DNA of 64,000 bases, taken from contig CDMY01000511.1 of the NCBI GenBank assembly GCA_001179505.1, forward strand, positions 22,861-86,860, in the 5' to 3' direction. Below the pieces are notes generated by a model. That model had not been told where the DNA came from and did no database searches. It saw only the letters and a program-made list of their open reading frames with translations. Within the stretch, counting starts at the first letter, position 1. Each line of letters begins with the position of its first letter. The stretch is from Vitrella brassicaformis CCMP3155. Lineage: Eukaryota; Protista; Chromerida. Below are positions 1 through 11,705 of the stretch, one piece after another. Made by a program: the position numbers and the translations under genes.

Positions 1-267
1 AGTTATCCAAGGAGATAAAGTTAGATGTTGTGTTGTCAACATGCCTTCCGAAGCGTTCAAGCATGTGTTTTTTCTCTTTTCACTCGGTGGAACACTTGCT
101 GATGTGATGTTGCATCCTCGCTGGCACTCTCAACACGTCACCCTTTTATAAGACTAGTGGTCTTCCTTCTGCATCTGAGTTGGTTGGTTGGTTGGTTATT
201 GTGTTTAACGAGACTCGTGTCTGTAACCCCGGAGGGATTCTATTGTCTCACGCACTAAACTAGCAGC

Positions 268-2229
268 ATGTACATGCAAAGCATGCACACGGCCTGTCTA
301 CCCCTCCCAGTTGAGAAGGGGCCTCACGGGATCAGCGAGCTTCCCCGGGATCGATCAGCGGGCCTCACGAGCTTGCAGGCGAGCACGATGAATGTGCCTC
401 TTCCTCGGCTGCCGAGCAGCGCCTCAACATCTGCATGCACTCATGGCCATTCGTGGTCTGACTCGGCCCTCCCACTATCGTGGGCACGCCTCGAGATCAC
501 TTGCCTGGACACCGGCAGCATGAGGCTGCGCACTACGCCAATCAGCGATCTGTCAAGCGCAAGCTCATCTGGGCATCGCTCGTCTGCGTAAGGGCTATGC
601 ATGTATAGCAGAGAATACAGCGATGTCCAAGCAACATGTACGCAGTTTGTTGGTCTGACTGATGCTGTGCAGGTGGTGTTCATGGTAGCTGAGGTGGTTG
701 GCGGATATCTGGCCTCCTCGATTGCACTCATGACGGATGCCACTCACATGCTGACGGATCTGGTGGCAAACTGCATCGGGTAAGGTTATGCATTCATGCA
801 TACACAAGTCTACGTACGTTTGGCTGGCTGGCCTCTCGCTCTGTCATGCAGGCTGTTCGCCATTTGGGTGGCATCGAAGCCTGGCGGACACGCCCTCTCG
901 TTTGGCTACCACCGAGTCGAGATCCTTGGTGCACTGGTGTCTGTGTTGCTCATATGGGGACTCACGATCGGCCTCGTGTGGGAGGCAGTTCAGAAGGTTA
1001 TCAAGCCAGAGCCTGTGGACGGTGCCATCATGACCATCGTAGCTATTGTTGGTCTCGTTGCCAACATCATCATGACGCAAATACTCAAGGTGGGCAGAGA
1101 GATACGTAGACATGCACACATCCGCACGTCAGCTGAGGGTGATCCATCCCTTTCGATCCTGGTGGTTTGCAGATCCACAATCACGGGATTGGCGGCCACG
1201 AGTGCGACCACCATCACCACGACTCCCATGCCGCCTCATCCGCCCATGACCAACATACCGGTCCGTGCTTCCACGATCACCAGCATGAAGCCCATCGTGG
1301 CCACGATGCGGAGGAGCCCCCCGCCCTACCCCACTATGAGTGCAGTCTGCCACCGTCAGCGTTCTCGACGGCCAATGTCAAAAGGGAGAAGGGCAGCATG
1401 AACCTGCGTGCGGCGTACATGCGTGCTCTCGGCGATTTAATCCAGGTTTGCTTGGTTGGATAGAGCCAACAAGCGATCGACGCACAAAGAGGGTTGGCTG
1501 TTGTGTTATGTTTGTGTGGTCACACCAGAGTGTGGGTGTGATGATCGCCGGCGTGTGCATCTGGGTGCATCCCTCCTGGTTGATTGCCGACCCCATATGC
1601 ACCTTCATATTTTCGTTCTTCGTGTTGTCGACAACTCTGGCCATCCTGCGGGACGTCACCACAGTGCTCATGGAAGGCACGCCGAAGGGGGTGGATGTAG
1701 ACCATCTGCAAGACGACCTCGCACTCATCCCTGGTCAGTCTGTCCGTTACGGCAACTAATTGTTTTTGTCTGCTTGCTTTGGTCTCCTGTATGTATAAGT
1801 GTTATCGTCTCTCTCGTCCGCCCGTTGTTTGCGTGTTCCGTCAGGTGTTGTTGAGTTGCATGATCTGCACGTGTAGTCCCTGTCTGTCGGGAAGCCTTCT
1901 CTGTCGGTGCACATCGTGGCCGAACAAGAGGACATCGCACCCCGCATCCTGCGAACTGCCACCAAAATATGCCAGGTGCGGTGCATGCACGCGCGAGAGA
2001 GATACCCATGCATGACCACATGCAGCCTGGCCTGCGTCCATCGCCTTGGCTTGCCTGCTTGTGACTGGCTGGCTGGTTCTCCTGCCTGCAGGAGCATTCT
2101 AACATATTGCACACGACCATCCAAATTGACTACGCCAAGAATCAGCTGGACTGCAACACCATCGCCCATCGCAAGTGCAGCTCTTACGCCAAGCGAACCC
2201 GAAGGAATTCACCAGCCTCCAGGACATGA
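268..2229 (+). CDS. Cation diffusion facilitator (ZnT/MTP-like zinc transporter), about 7 exons
   Basis: Spliced exons read [49 protein letters not shown], a His-rich loop ([15 protein letters not shown]...), [26 protein letters not shown] and ELHDLHVW...LSVHIV. GT-AG boundaries are visible. Stop TGA at 2227-2229; the start codon is uncertain. Confidence 0.92.
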
Positions 2230-2395
2230 CGATGAAGAAACGCATGCATGTATTTGGGGCGTCTTCCCGCAGCCCAGGTGCACGCCTTGCTCACAGCAAG
2301 GCTACGGCAGTACGGCATCACAACCCCCATAGGTAGAAGGTGCGGCACTTTTTTGCTTATGGTGCCGAGTCTTTTGTTGCATCCTCCATGTATGC

Positions 2396-2411
2396 NNNNN
2401 NNNNNNNNNNN
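2396..2411. other. Assembly gap (16 N)
   Basis: Run of N. Confidence 1.
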
Positions 2412-3684
2412 GCACACGTGTGTGTGTGTGTGTACATCTCTGCGTTTTTTGCTGCTTATGTATGTTCTCATCGGATGAGTGAGCGTGCCCTTTGTGCATA
2501 GGCATATGTGGATAGATTCATGGAGGCGATTTGGACAAGCGAGTGCATGGATGCCATCTGTCAATTATCTCTTCCCATGTATGTACGTATCTTAACTCTG
2601 ACATATTTTACAGGAGTCAGACAATCGGACAGGAACTTGCAGCCGAGTTTTCCTGGTTTTCACCTCTTTGAAGGGACAGGCAATCTGCTGTGCTATGTAG
2701 GTCCGAACGATGTGTCTTGTCCGTGCTTTTGGTCATGGACCCCTCTCTTCCTCCCCTGCTCATTTTTGTCCCATCACCGTGCTTGCTTGGCTCTTACTCA
2801 TTCGTATCCCACCAACCCGCCCCTTGCTCGGACGATCTGATAGACGATGGCCAACTGAATGAATGAAACACATACATATATACGTCTACGTACTGACCAC
2901 AGGGTGAATCCATATTCACTTCTCGTCAAAATACTCCCTCTCTCTGGGGTTTCTGGGTTTGCAACCCTACAACCCCAAAAAAACCATACAAGGGATTTTC
3001 AATGCGAGCGAAGCATACAAGGGTAAAAATACTACTTGTATCCATCTCCGCTTCTCTCGCCGGCTCCATTTGCGAGCTTAGCGCAGCCGTAAATCTCCGG
3101 AGACACACTCTGTCTTGGCGCAAGAGCCCTCGCACCGCGCGACGTAGGCCAGTGTTGCATGATGCATACGCACATGTGTTGTGTGTGGGTCAGCGGCGGA
3201 TGTACCTGCCGGTAGGCAGACAAGGAGTCTGTCTGTCTGTCTGTCTGCGCATTGCTTTGTTGTCATGTTTGTTTCTGTGCTCGCCCTTGCGTGTATGTGC
3301 AGATGCTGCGGATGGCGACTGAGGAGGCATGGAGGCACACTCATGACCATGACAGCCTGCCTGCCTGCGTGTTCAAGACCTACATCATGATGTGTGTGCA
3401 ATGCACTGCAATGATGTGCGCATATGTCCCTTTCCATCCTGTGTGTGGTGTGTGCTTTCACCTGACGCGATATGATCGATACGGACCGTCACTCGCTCTC
3501 AATTTTGGATGTATGGCATCATTGGCATGGCATCGATGATTTGGCAACGACACACATCACACACTGATGGATGATATATCTGGAGGACGAGTCAGCCATT
3601 TCACGCCCTATCGGCTGTACACACACATGCACAGCAATCCACCGGACCTTCACCATGCACGTGGACAGCAACAGCATGCAAGCG

Positions 3685-5188
3685 TTACCCCTCCGGCCGT
3701 CCCTCCAGAACCACACCATCGAATGCAGCTTCACCACCACTGGCAGCACCAGCAGCAGCAGCAGCCGCCCCTCTCTCAGGGGACATCCCCCCATCCACTT
3801 CCTCTGCGCTGCCCTCCTTGCCCCATACTGATGGCGACACCGACGATTGATGTCTCTCCCTGATCTCCGCCTCACGCCGTCTCTTCCTTATCGTGCTGGC
3901 CCAGTAGATGATAATCCCACCGAACACAACGAAAAACACCAGAGAAGTGGCACCCTGCGCATATCGGTGTGTCCAGAGAAAAATCAAAGCGTTAAAGAGG
4001 CTGCCATAGAAGTAATTGCCCAGAGCCACCATCGCCAGCTCGGGCAGCCGGTCCAGCTGCAGGTATGAGAGCAGCTCGACGTAGCGGCCATAGCAGAGAA
4101 TCAGCCAGATGGCCGGCAGCGAGGACCGAATGGCCCTGTGCGATATGAAGATGCCCCACCCCATGTGCCAGATGACGTAGAAAGCCCCACCCACACAGGC
4201 GGGGTACCAGGGCGACCGGAGGAAGCTCCGCGGCATATCGTTTTCGATCGCTATCCCGCCCTCGCTTGTCACGAGATGCAGGTCGACCAGCTCGGCATTG
4301 GCGCTGCCGAGAGGCGGCAGCACGGGCACAAAGTTGCGTGCAGTGCATGCCTTGGATCGCTGCACCCCGAAGCCGGCCAAAATGAGTATGGCCATGGTGC
4401 TGTAGATGACTGGCAGATACATGGCGCTCCATGAGTCGTGGAGCTTCCTCTCCGTTGAGAGGAAGAAGAAGCTCAATATGGATGTCAGGAAGAGCAGCAG
4501 GAAGGCCACAACAAAGAAGGCCACTCGTCGGTGCTTGAGCTTTGGCGACCATGAGAAGTTGCTGTCCACTCCGCCGCCCTTCCAAAGAGAGAACAGCGCC
4601 AGAGGGTATATGATTGAATGAAGAGTGTGCCACAGCACGATATAGCAGGCCCACACATAGTTGATGCCGCTCCAGTGCACACCCTTTGGCTGAACATCCA
4701 CCTCCTCAGGGGGCTCCTTCGTCAGTATCGACTTGGAAATCAGAGCCTGAACACACACACACCACACACACACACAGACCCCCGACAAGACACGTCACCA
4801 TGGCATGGGGTCTATCTCGCGAGTGTCCATGTGTGCGCACCTCATTGTATAGCCCATATGCACACCCGAACAGGGAAAGCGACCGCATGTCAAACCGCAA
4901 GAACAGAGCCCCCTCACGAATGACAGCCAAAGGCAGCCCATAAGCAAAGAACAGGAACACCAGCACAGGCGGAAGGATGACAAGCCAGGGCGGCAGGTTC
5001 CCCGAGAAGAGCTCGCTCAGCACCGGGGAGAGGAAGAGCACCACGGCCCAGGCCTGCCCTCTCGGCCGCTGCATGGCCACACAGCACACCTCCCAGCATG
5101 ACCGGGATGTCTCGGAGTTGGTGGACGCAGAGGGGTTGTGGGGGACGGTGGCGTCATCAGGAGGGGCTGAGGTGGGCGACGAAGCCAT
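3685..5188 (-). CDS. Multi-pass membrane protein resembling an uncharacterised archaeal/bacterial family; 2 exons (intron 4747-4840)
   Basis: ORFs 4706-5188 and 3685-4788 join at GT-AG to give LSPVLSELFSGNLPP...AYGLPLAVIRE...AYGLYNE|ALISKS...GINYVW...WHTLHSIIYP. The product has many hydrophobic helices. Confidence 0.8.
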
Positions 5189-5412
5189 CCAGCTGGGAAT
5201 AGCCGCGGAATTGGTCAGGGGAGAGTGATGGAAGGTTCTCGTGGGGCCAGCGAAATGCGGCGAATGCAGTCCAGGAAGCCGCTTTTGTGAGTCAAAGCCG
5301 CTTCAGCGTCACACCACCGAGTGTTATTGAGGGAATGAGCATTTTGTTCTCGAGCGATCCACCTCAGTCTGCGAGCTTGAGCTTGCAAGCAAGGTGTACC
5401 CCACCACTCAAA

Positions 5413-7311
5413 ATGAGGCGGTTTGCACGGCCCTTGTCGGGCCTCGTTGTGGCGTCGTCTTCAAACCCTGCGTCGATCTCTGCGTCATGCCTGTCAGCGG
5501 TGACGCCGCAGCCCTGTGGTGCAGTGAGGGTAACGCGAAGGCACTTCGCCGTCACGGAGAAGCAGGTCGAAGAAGCAGAGGTACGGAACAAAACACAGCC
5601 GAGAAACAGGAGAAAGGAAGGAAGGGAAGATCTGAATGAGTCAGTGCACCGTTCTAGCTAGTTTGATTGTGTGTTGTGATGCTCGTGTCGTGTGGGTGGT
5701 GCAGAAGCTCAAGGAATGGTTGTTTGCTGCGCGCACGATGGACCCCTACACACTCATGAGCTGGTGAATGAGATGAGATGATCACCGACAAGCACTCGCC
5801 ACCTGTTTGCCGCCTGTGTGGTGTGTGGTGTGTGTGACGGCCCTATGCATTTGTCCACTCACTCCCGTCCCGTCGGTCAGCCCGCTCAAGTATGAGGTAG
5901 ATCATGCCAATGTGGCGCGTCAGCGCATCCGGATTATGGACAAGCTCGACCCCCCGCAGATGGCGGTGGCTGGCATGTACTCCTCCACACAGATGGGCGC
6001 CGACGTCGATGGACAGGTCAGCCACCGACAGACAGACACGGAATGAAGCGATGAATCCAGCAAGGCGTCTGTTACGTTGTATTGTGTCGTGTTGTGTTGT
6101 GTTGTGTGTGGGATCTGTGCAGACGATGCTGCGAATCATTGACGAAGTGATTGACCGCATGGAGGATGCCTGTGACACCCTGTACGATCCTGCGAGGCGC
6201 GCAGCGGCACTGCTGGAGTGCAAGTACGGTGTCAAGGTCAGTCAGTCTCTCACAGCCAGCCTCTCACACACACTTACGTGTGCATTCGTCCATGGCTCCA
6301 TCCATTCATCCATCCGTCCATCAGGTTGCGGGTGTGCTGCCTCCGCCCCGTCCGCACCCCGAGTCGACCACCCTCTACCGCCTGGCGCCCAGTGTAGGAA
6401 AGATCTCGGACAAGGAGCCCATCGAATGGGAAAAGCAGGTGCTGAAAGTCGAATCGCCCAAGGAAGACACGGAGGTACGAACAGGCACACAGACACCCAC
6501 ACATCCACCCAAGACATGCACACGCACACGCGGCAATCGACGGTGTGTTCGGGTTGTCTGCAGTTAACGGCCGGTCCGCCGGCGACCAAGCCGTGAGCAG
6601 ACGCCGCAGATAGATATACCACGATATCGACGCACTACATTTCACTTTTTGCCTGCTCTCCTCCCCCTCTCTCGGTGTGTGTGAGGGTCAGGTATGCGTT
6701 GACGGGTAAGGGTCCTTCGGCCATGGAGGTGGTGCAGAAGACACTCGACGCGGTGTCGCGGTTCGACGCCGACCTGGAGAGCACCGCTGGCGTGCTCAGA
6801 CACCTCAAACGGTCAACCACACACACAGACGCAGACCGCCAACAGCCAGACACACACAAAGCACTCAACTCGCCTGTGTGTGTGTGTGTGTGTGTGCAGT
6901 GACTACAAGGAGAAGGCCGACGAGAGTGAACAGAAGCTCAAGGAACTCTTCAAGGCCGAGAAGGTGTGAGAGAAAGAACAGTCCCTGGATCATTGCGTGT
7001 GTGCATGGGGTGTGCTGCTTGCTTCTGTTGTGGTGGTGGTGGTCGTCAGTTGGACGAGAAGGCAGCTATCAAGGCGCTGGAGGATCTGGCCTTCTACTCG
7101 GCGGGCGTCAAGGAGATCGAGGACAGCCCACCCATGCAGATGGTACCCCCAGAAACACACACACGTGCACACACACGACAAGACACGCCATCTATGTATC
7201 CCTCCCTCTGTGCGCCCACCCACACAGCTGAAGCGCCACGGCTTCCCCACGATCTTCGGCATGGACAAGGGGGCGTTCTACCTGACCAAACCCGGCGTCG
7301 CCCCACAATAG
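5413..7311 (+). CDS. Hypothetical protein with a mitochondrial-presequence-like N-terminus, about 10 exons
   Basis: MRRFARPLSGLVVASSSNPASISAS...RRHFAV (R/S/A-rich, no acidic residues). Consistent GT-AG exons run through to LKRHGFPTIFGMDKGAFYLTKPGVAPQ-stop. Confidence 0.75.
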
Positions 7312-7329
7312 CACACCCATTCACACGGA

Positions 7330-7735
7330 CACCCACGACTCTGTTGTATGTGAGCTGCTCACCTCAGTAAGAAGTGTTTGTCGATGTGATGCGGCGGTCC
7401 AGCCAGGCAGCCAGTCAGCTGACCATGAGGGCGCTGAGGCCATTTTTTCTTTTTGTTTTTTCGCTGACCATGGCATGACCGGCTAGTTATGTGATGTGCA
7501 TCTGCTGCGTCGGCCTGCTGCCGCCCCATCCACCGTCCGTGTGGATGTGGATGGATGGATGGATGGATGGATGGATGGATGGATGGCATGAACGGATTCG
7601 AGTCTCATCTATGATACGTTCCAATTGATGTGTGTTGTGATGGACAGTCATGATAACTCGTGATCAGCTCAAAAGGATCAATCCGGATGCAATAGCGCGG
7701 CTGATGGACAACTGGCGAGAAAATGTCTGCTGCTG
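7330..7735 (+). repeat. Dispersed repeat: cassette leader, direct copy at about 38093-38550
   Basis: Shared strings actctgttg.atgtgagctgc..acctcagtaa, gaggccattttttc and ggcatgaccggct..tatgtgatgtgc, followed by the gatggacagtcatgataactc motif. The 38-kb copy has an extra ~90 bp. Confidence 0.85.
7624..7686 (+). promoter_or_regulatory. Conserved ~62-bp leader motif, copy 1 of 3
   Basis: attgatgtg..ttgtgatggacagtcatgataactc.tgatcag.tcaaaaggatcaatccg also occurs at 13617-13677 and 38437-38498. Its function is inferred from position only. Confidence 0.55.
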
Positions 7736-7964
7736 CCTTGCCGATGGACGGCGAGGCCTTCATTGATCTGCCACACACACATCCCTCTCGCCATTCTCGG
7801 CAGCCGTTTCCAACCGTTGGCCTCTTGCGAGCTTGAAGTCAGGTGCGTTCCTCCTCCCTTTGAATTAGATCAATACCGTCGCATTACGGCAAAAGTGAGC
7901 CAAGCCTGAAGCACAGTAAGAAAAATGCCTGCTGCATGTGTGCTTCTGGGGCGCAGAAACAACG

Positions 7965-10900
7965 ATGAAGAGCGCGATGACGAGCAGCCCTGCCACCACC
8001 ATTCGCAGCAGCAGCAGCGGCAGCAGTCAAACGATGAAGATCAACGTCGGCGGCCGTGTCATCGACTTCCCGGTAGCTGAACTGCTTCGTTCTGAGTGGC
8101 AGGGTACGCCCATCGCAGTGCTGCTTCACTGGTTCGAGGACTGGCTGCTGACCGATGACAACGGCATCCCGTTCGTAGACGCTGATCCAGAGTACTTTAT
8201 CCGGTGAGTTGAGTGCATCACACACACACACACACACACGTGGGCAGTTAGTAGTCACTCACAGCTACCTTTCTGTCTGTTGCTGGGTGCTTCTGGCTGA
8301 CAGGTTGGCTGGGCTGTTGCGTGGTGTCGAGGGGTGTGCCTTGCATCTGTGGGAGTTTCCTGAGTATCGCCTCCGTTTCCTCGCCGTCACATCGATGAGC
8401 ACCGACACCCAGGCGCAGAGCAGCCCAGCACCGCCCGACCTGACCGTCAACGCACAGCCCGGTGACGAGAGCAGTGACGACTTCCGTGACTTCAAGGCCG
8501 TGATGGGTCCCTTCATCAAGACCGAATGTGGTGGGACGGGCGGGCGGGAGGTCAAGACCATGACATTCACCGACGGCAGCACCGGCACATGCGTTGTGTC
8601 CACAACCGATGCCACGCTGGAACATTTCGAGGGACTCAGAGGCCGATTTGACCGGTCAGTCAGTCAGTTAGAGGGAGGGAGGGAAGCGTCGCAATTCACT
8701 CATTGTTGTGTGTGTGTTGTGTTGTGTTGTGCCAGTGACAGGTTTTGCACGACTGTTTCGGGAGGAACGGGTGAGACTGTGGAGCAGTTCCAGAAGCAGG
8801 TCCTACACTTCCAGAAGTACGCACGTCAGACGAACGAACAAGTGCATGGACGCAAGCCACAGCACCACTCAGTACACGACATACCGGTTGCTGTCTGGGA
8901 CCGTCAGTCTTTCTCTCTCTCTCTTTTATGTGCAGGGTGGTCGACTGGGCGCGGCGCATTCGGATCTCGGGTGACGGCGGGATCGAGGGCGCCGGCCCGG
9001 CATATCCACCTTCCTCTGACGACCCGAGGGGGCTGGCTGATGCGTGTGAGATGTATGGCATCTTCGAGCAAGCCTACCGCTGCATCCTGGGCAAGAAATA
9101 CAACATCCGCCACCTCTACACGTACGGAAACGAACAACAAGGGAAGGGCACACTCAGAAGCATAACACGTGTGTGTGTGTGTGTGTGTGTGCGTGTAGGA
9201 GCTGTGCTGGTAAGGAGCATGCTGTGCCGTATGCTGACCTCCTGGACCACCTGGGTGGCGGTGGTTCGTCACGAGGCCGCCTGATGGTCCTCGAGACGAA
9301 CAACGCGGAGCGGCTCATCTGCCACATTGACGGTCCCCTCCCCCTCCGCACGGACAGCACATGCCCCCAGCTGACCGGCCGCAAGGTCACCCTCCACAGG
9401 ATGACCATGAAGGAAGGCAACATCATCACCACCACACTGCCGCCTGAGGACGACAGACAGCACGACCACTTCGTCGTCGCCGCGGGAGTCCACGGCGGTG
9501 TCACTGGCGCCATCAAGGCCACCAACGATGAGACAGTGAAGGGCCGTGTGGCCTTGGCCGGCGGGCGGGTGTGGCTCGGGGTCGGCAAGGACGACGATAT
9601 GCGCAAGTGCCGCGTGTGTCTCGACCCATCTGCGGAGGAGACCTAGCAGCGGACGGTGCAGCTGAGGAACGGCGCAGACTCATTCAAAGGCACCGGTGCA
9701 ATGGTCGGAAGGGCTCGGGGCATCGAATTCTATCACGTGAGTCGGTAGATGGGTCGGTTCGAGCAGGCTGCGAGTTAATTGATATGTGTCTAATCGTGGG
9801 CAGGTTTGGAGTGACGAGGTAGCTGCCCCGATATTGCCCGAGTCGCAGCTGAACCACCTGGTCATTGCCGCATCCGCGGGGAAGGCCTTCGCACAGCTCC
9901 TCTACAAGTGAGGCAGGCAATCCAGACACATACACAAAGTGGATGTGCGGCAGAGCACCATCGTGTCCTTGCGTCTTGTTCCCACCTCTCGGATTAGGGG
10001 CCGTCGCGACGGCTGGTCGTACGAGACGATGATGTCCAAGGTCCCTCACCTCATCGACAAAGCCACGCCCCTCCTGCTGGTGGTCAAGCGCACCGACACA
10101 GACAAACTCGCTTGCTTACTCGGCAACCCTTTCCCGGCCCCCCCGTCCGGCTCTCGCACGGCGCTCATCGAGTGCCCCGTGACCTTCTTCTCCATCAACG
10201 ATGATGAGGGCATCACGACAGTGCAGGTGCCGGTGGAAGACTGGGTGGTGGAGGTGGCGGGGCCTGAGGGGGCAGTGGTGGACATGGTGGGGCGGCCGAC
10301 GGGCAGTGTGGCCATCGCACGAGGCCGTCTCTGGCTGGGATACACCAGTCATGGCCTCCCCGCGACGGATGAGGTGGGACTCTCTGCTGACCCTGGGGTG
10401 GTGACTGGCCCTGCCGGTGACCTTCGTCGCGTCTGTCACTTCGTGTGGCCGAGGGGGACCAGCAGGGAAGACGCCCACGGAGGCCGCGCGTCTCTCATCA
10501 CCAAGTGGGAGAGTCTGGTGGGGTGTGTCGACTTCACTGCTGAGGATGTCGAAATCTACTCCATGAAGGTCCGTCCGTCCGTCCGTCCGTCAGGCACGAC
10601 GGGTGTGTCTGTGTGGTGGGGGTGTCATGTGTGCAGTAACGCCAAGATGGTCTGGTTGGGAGCAGTGCCGTCACAGAGAAAACGAGCAGCACATCCCACG
10701 GTAGACAACAAGAGCCTCCCTTCCTGCCTGCCTGCCTGCCTGCCCGCCACCCACGTGTGTTGGATTGGTGTGCGTGGCACTGCACTGCATGTAGGTGTCG
10801 TTACGTTTGACCTGCCACCCATGCCGGCGTCTCTGGCCGACAAGACGCATCTATACCAGTAAGGAAGACAACGAGACAGAGCACTTACAGACAACGGTTA

Positions 10901-11283
10901 GAGGGTGGGCACATGGTCCCTGTGTGTGTGTGTGTGCAGGCGTATCGTCAAGGTGAAGAGAGCATTGGAGATGAAGGGCGTTCGGGTCGATGTGAGGAAT
11001 GGGGAAGACGGGACATCCCCCTCTTCGTGCTACATCTATGACGCCGAGGAGGACGAGGAGGTCCACGTGGACGAAATGATGCCGTCTTCGGTCATCTGGG
11101 ACGCGTTCGGCGCCACGCCTACCGCGTCTGTGGCCCCCGGCGCATCGGTACGCATCAATCCTCTCCCTACGCCTAACCGCTCGCCCGCTCATGGCGACGA
11201 GGCGCCCGTCCCGGACGACGACATCAAGATTCTCATCACGAGGTCCGTCGCACGCGCTCAACTCAAAGACGGCAACAGTGCCA

Positions 11284-11321
<38 letters not shown>

Positions 11322-11671
11322 TGTGTGCAGGCGTATCGTCAAAGATGTAACATTGGAGATGAAGGGCATTCGAGTCGATGTGAGGGAGGGGGAAGACGGG
11401 ACATCCCCCTCTTCGTGCTACATCTATGACGCCGAGGAGGACGAGGAGGTCCACGTGGACGAAATGATGCCGTCTTCGGTCATCTGGGACGCGTTCGGCG
11501 CCACGCCTACCGCGTCTGTGGCCCCCGGCGCATCGGTACGCATCAATCCTCTCCCTACGCCTAACCGCTCGCCCGCTCATGGCGACGAGGCGCCCGTCCC
11601 GGACGACGACATCAAGATTCTCATCACGAGGTTCGTCGCACGCGCTCAACTCAAAGACGGCAACAGTGCCA

Positions 11672-11705
<34 letters not shown>

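Noticed and set aside
1-260. AT-richer window start as a possible LTR or promoter
   Set aside because: No TG...CA termini and no similarity to the 63.6-kb LTR seen. The window edge limits interpretation.
2926-3560. Short ORFs between the CDF and membrane-protein genes
   Set aside because: No recognisable motif and no consistent exon chain. A small gene cannot be excluded.
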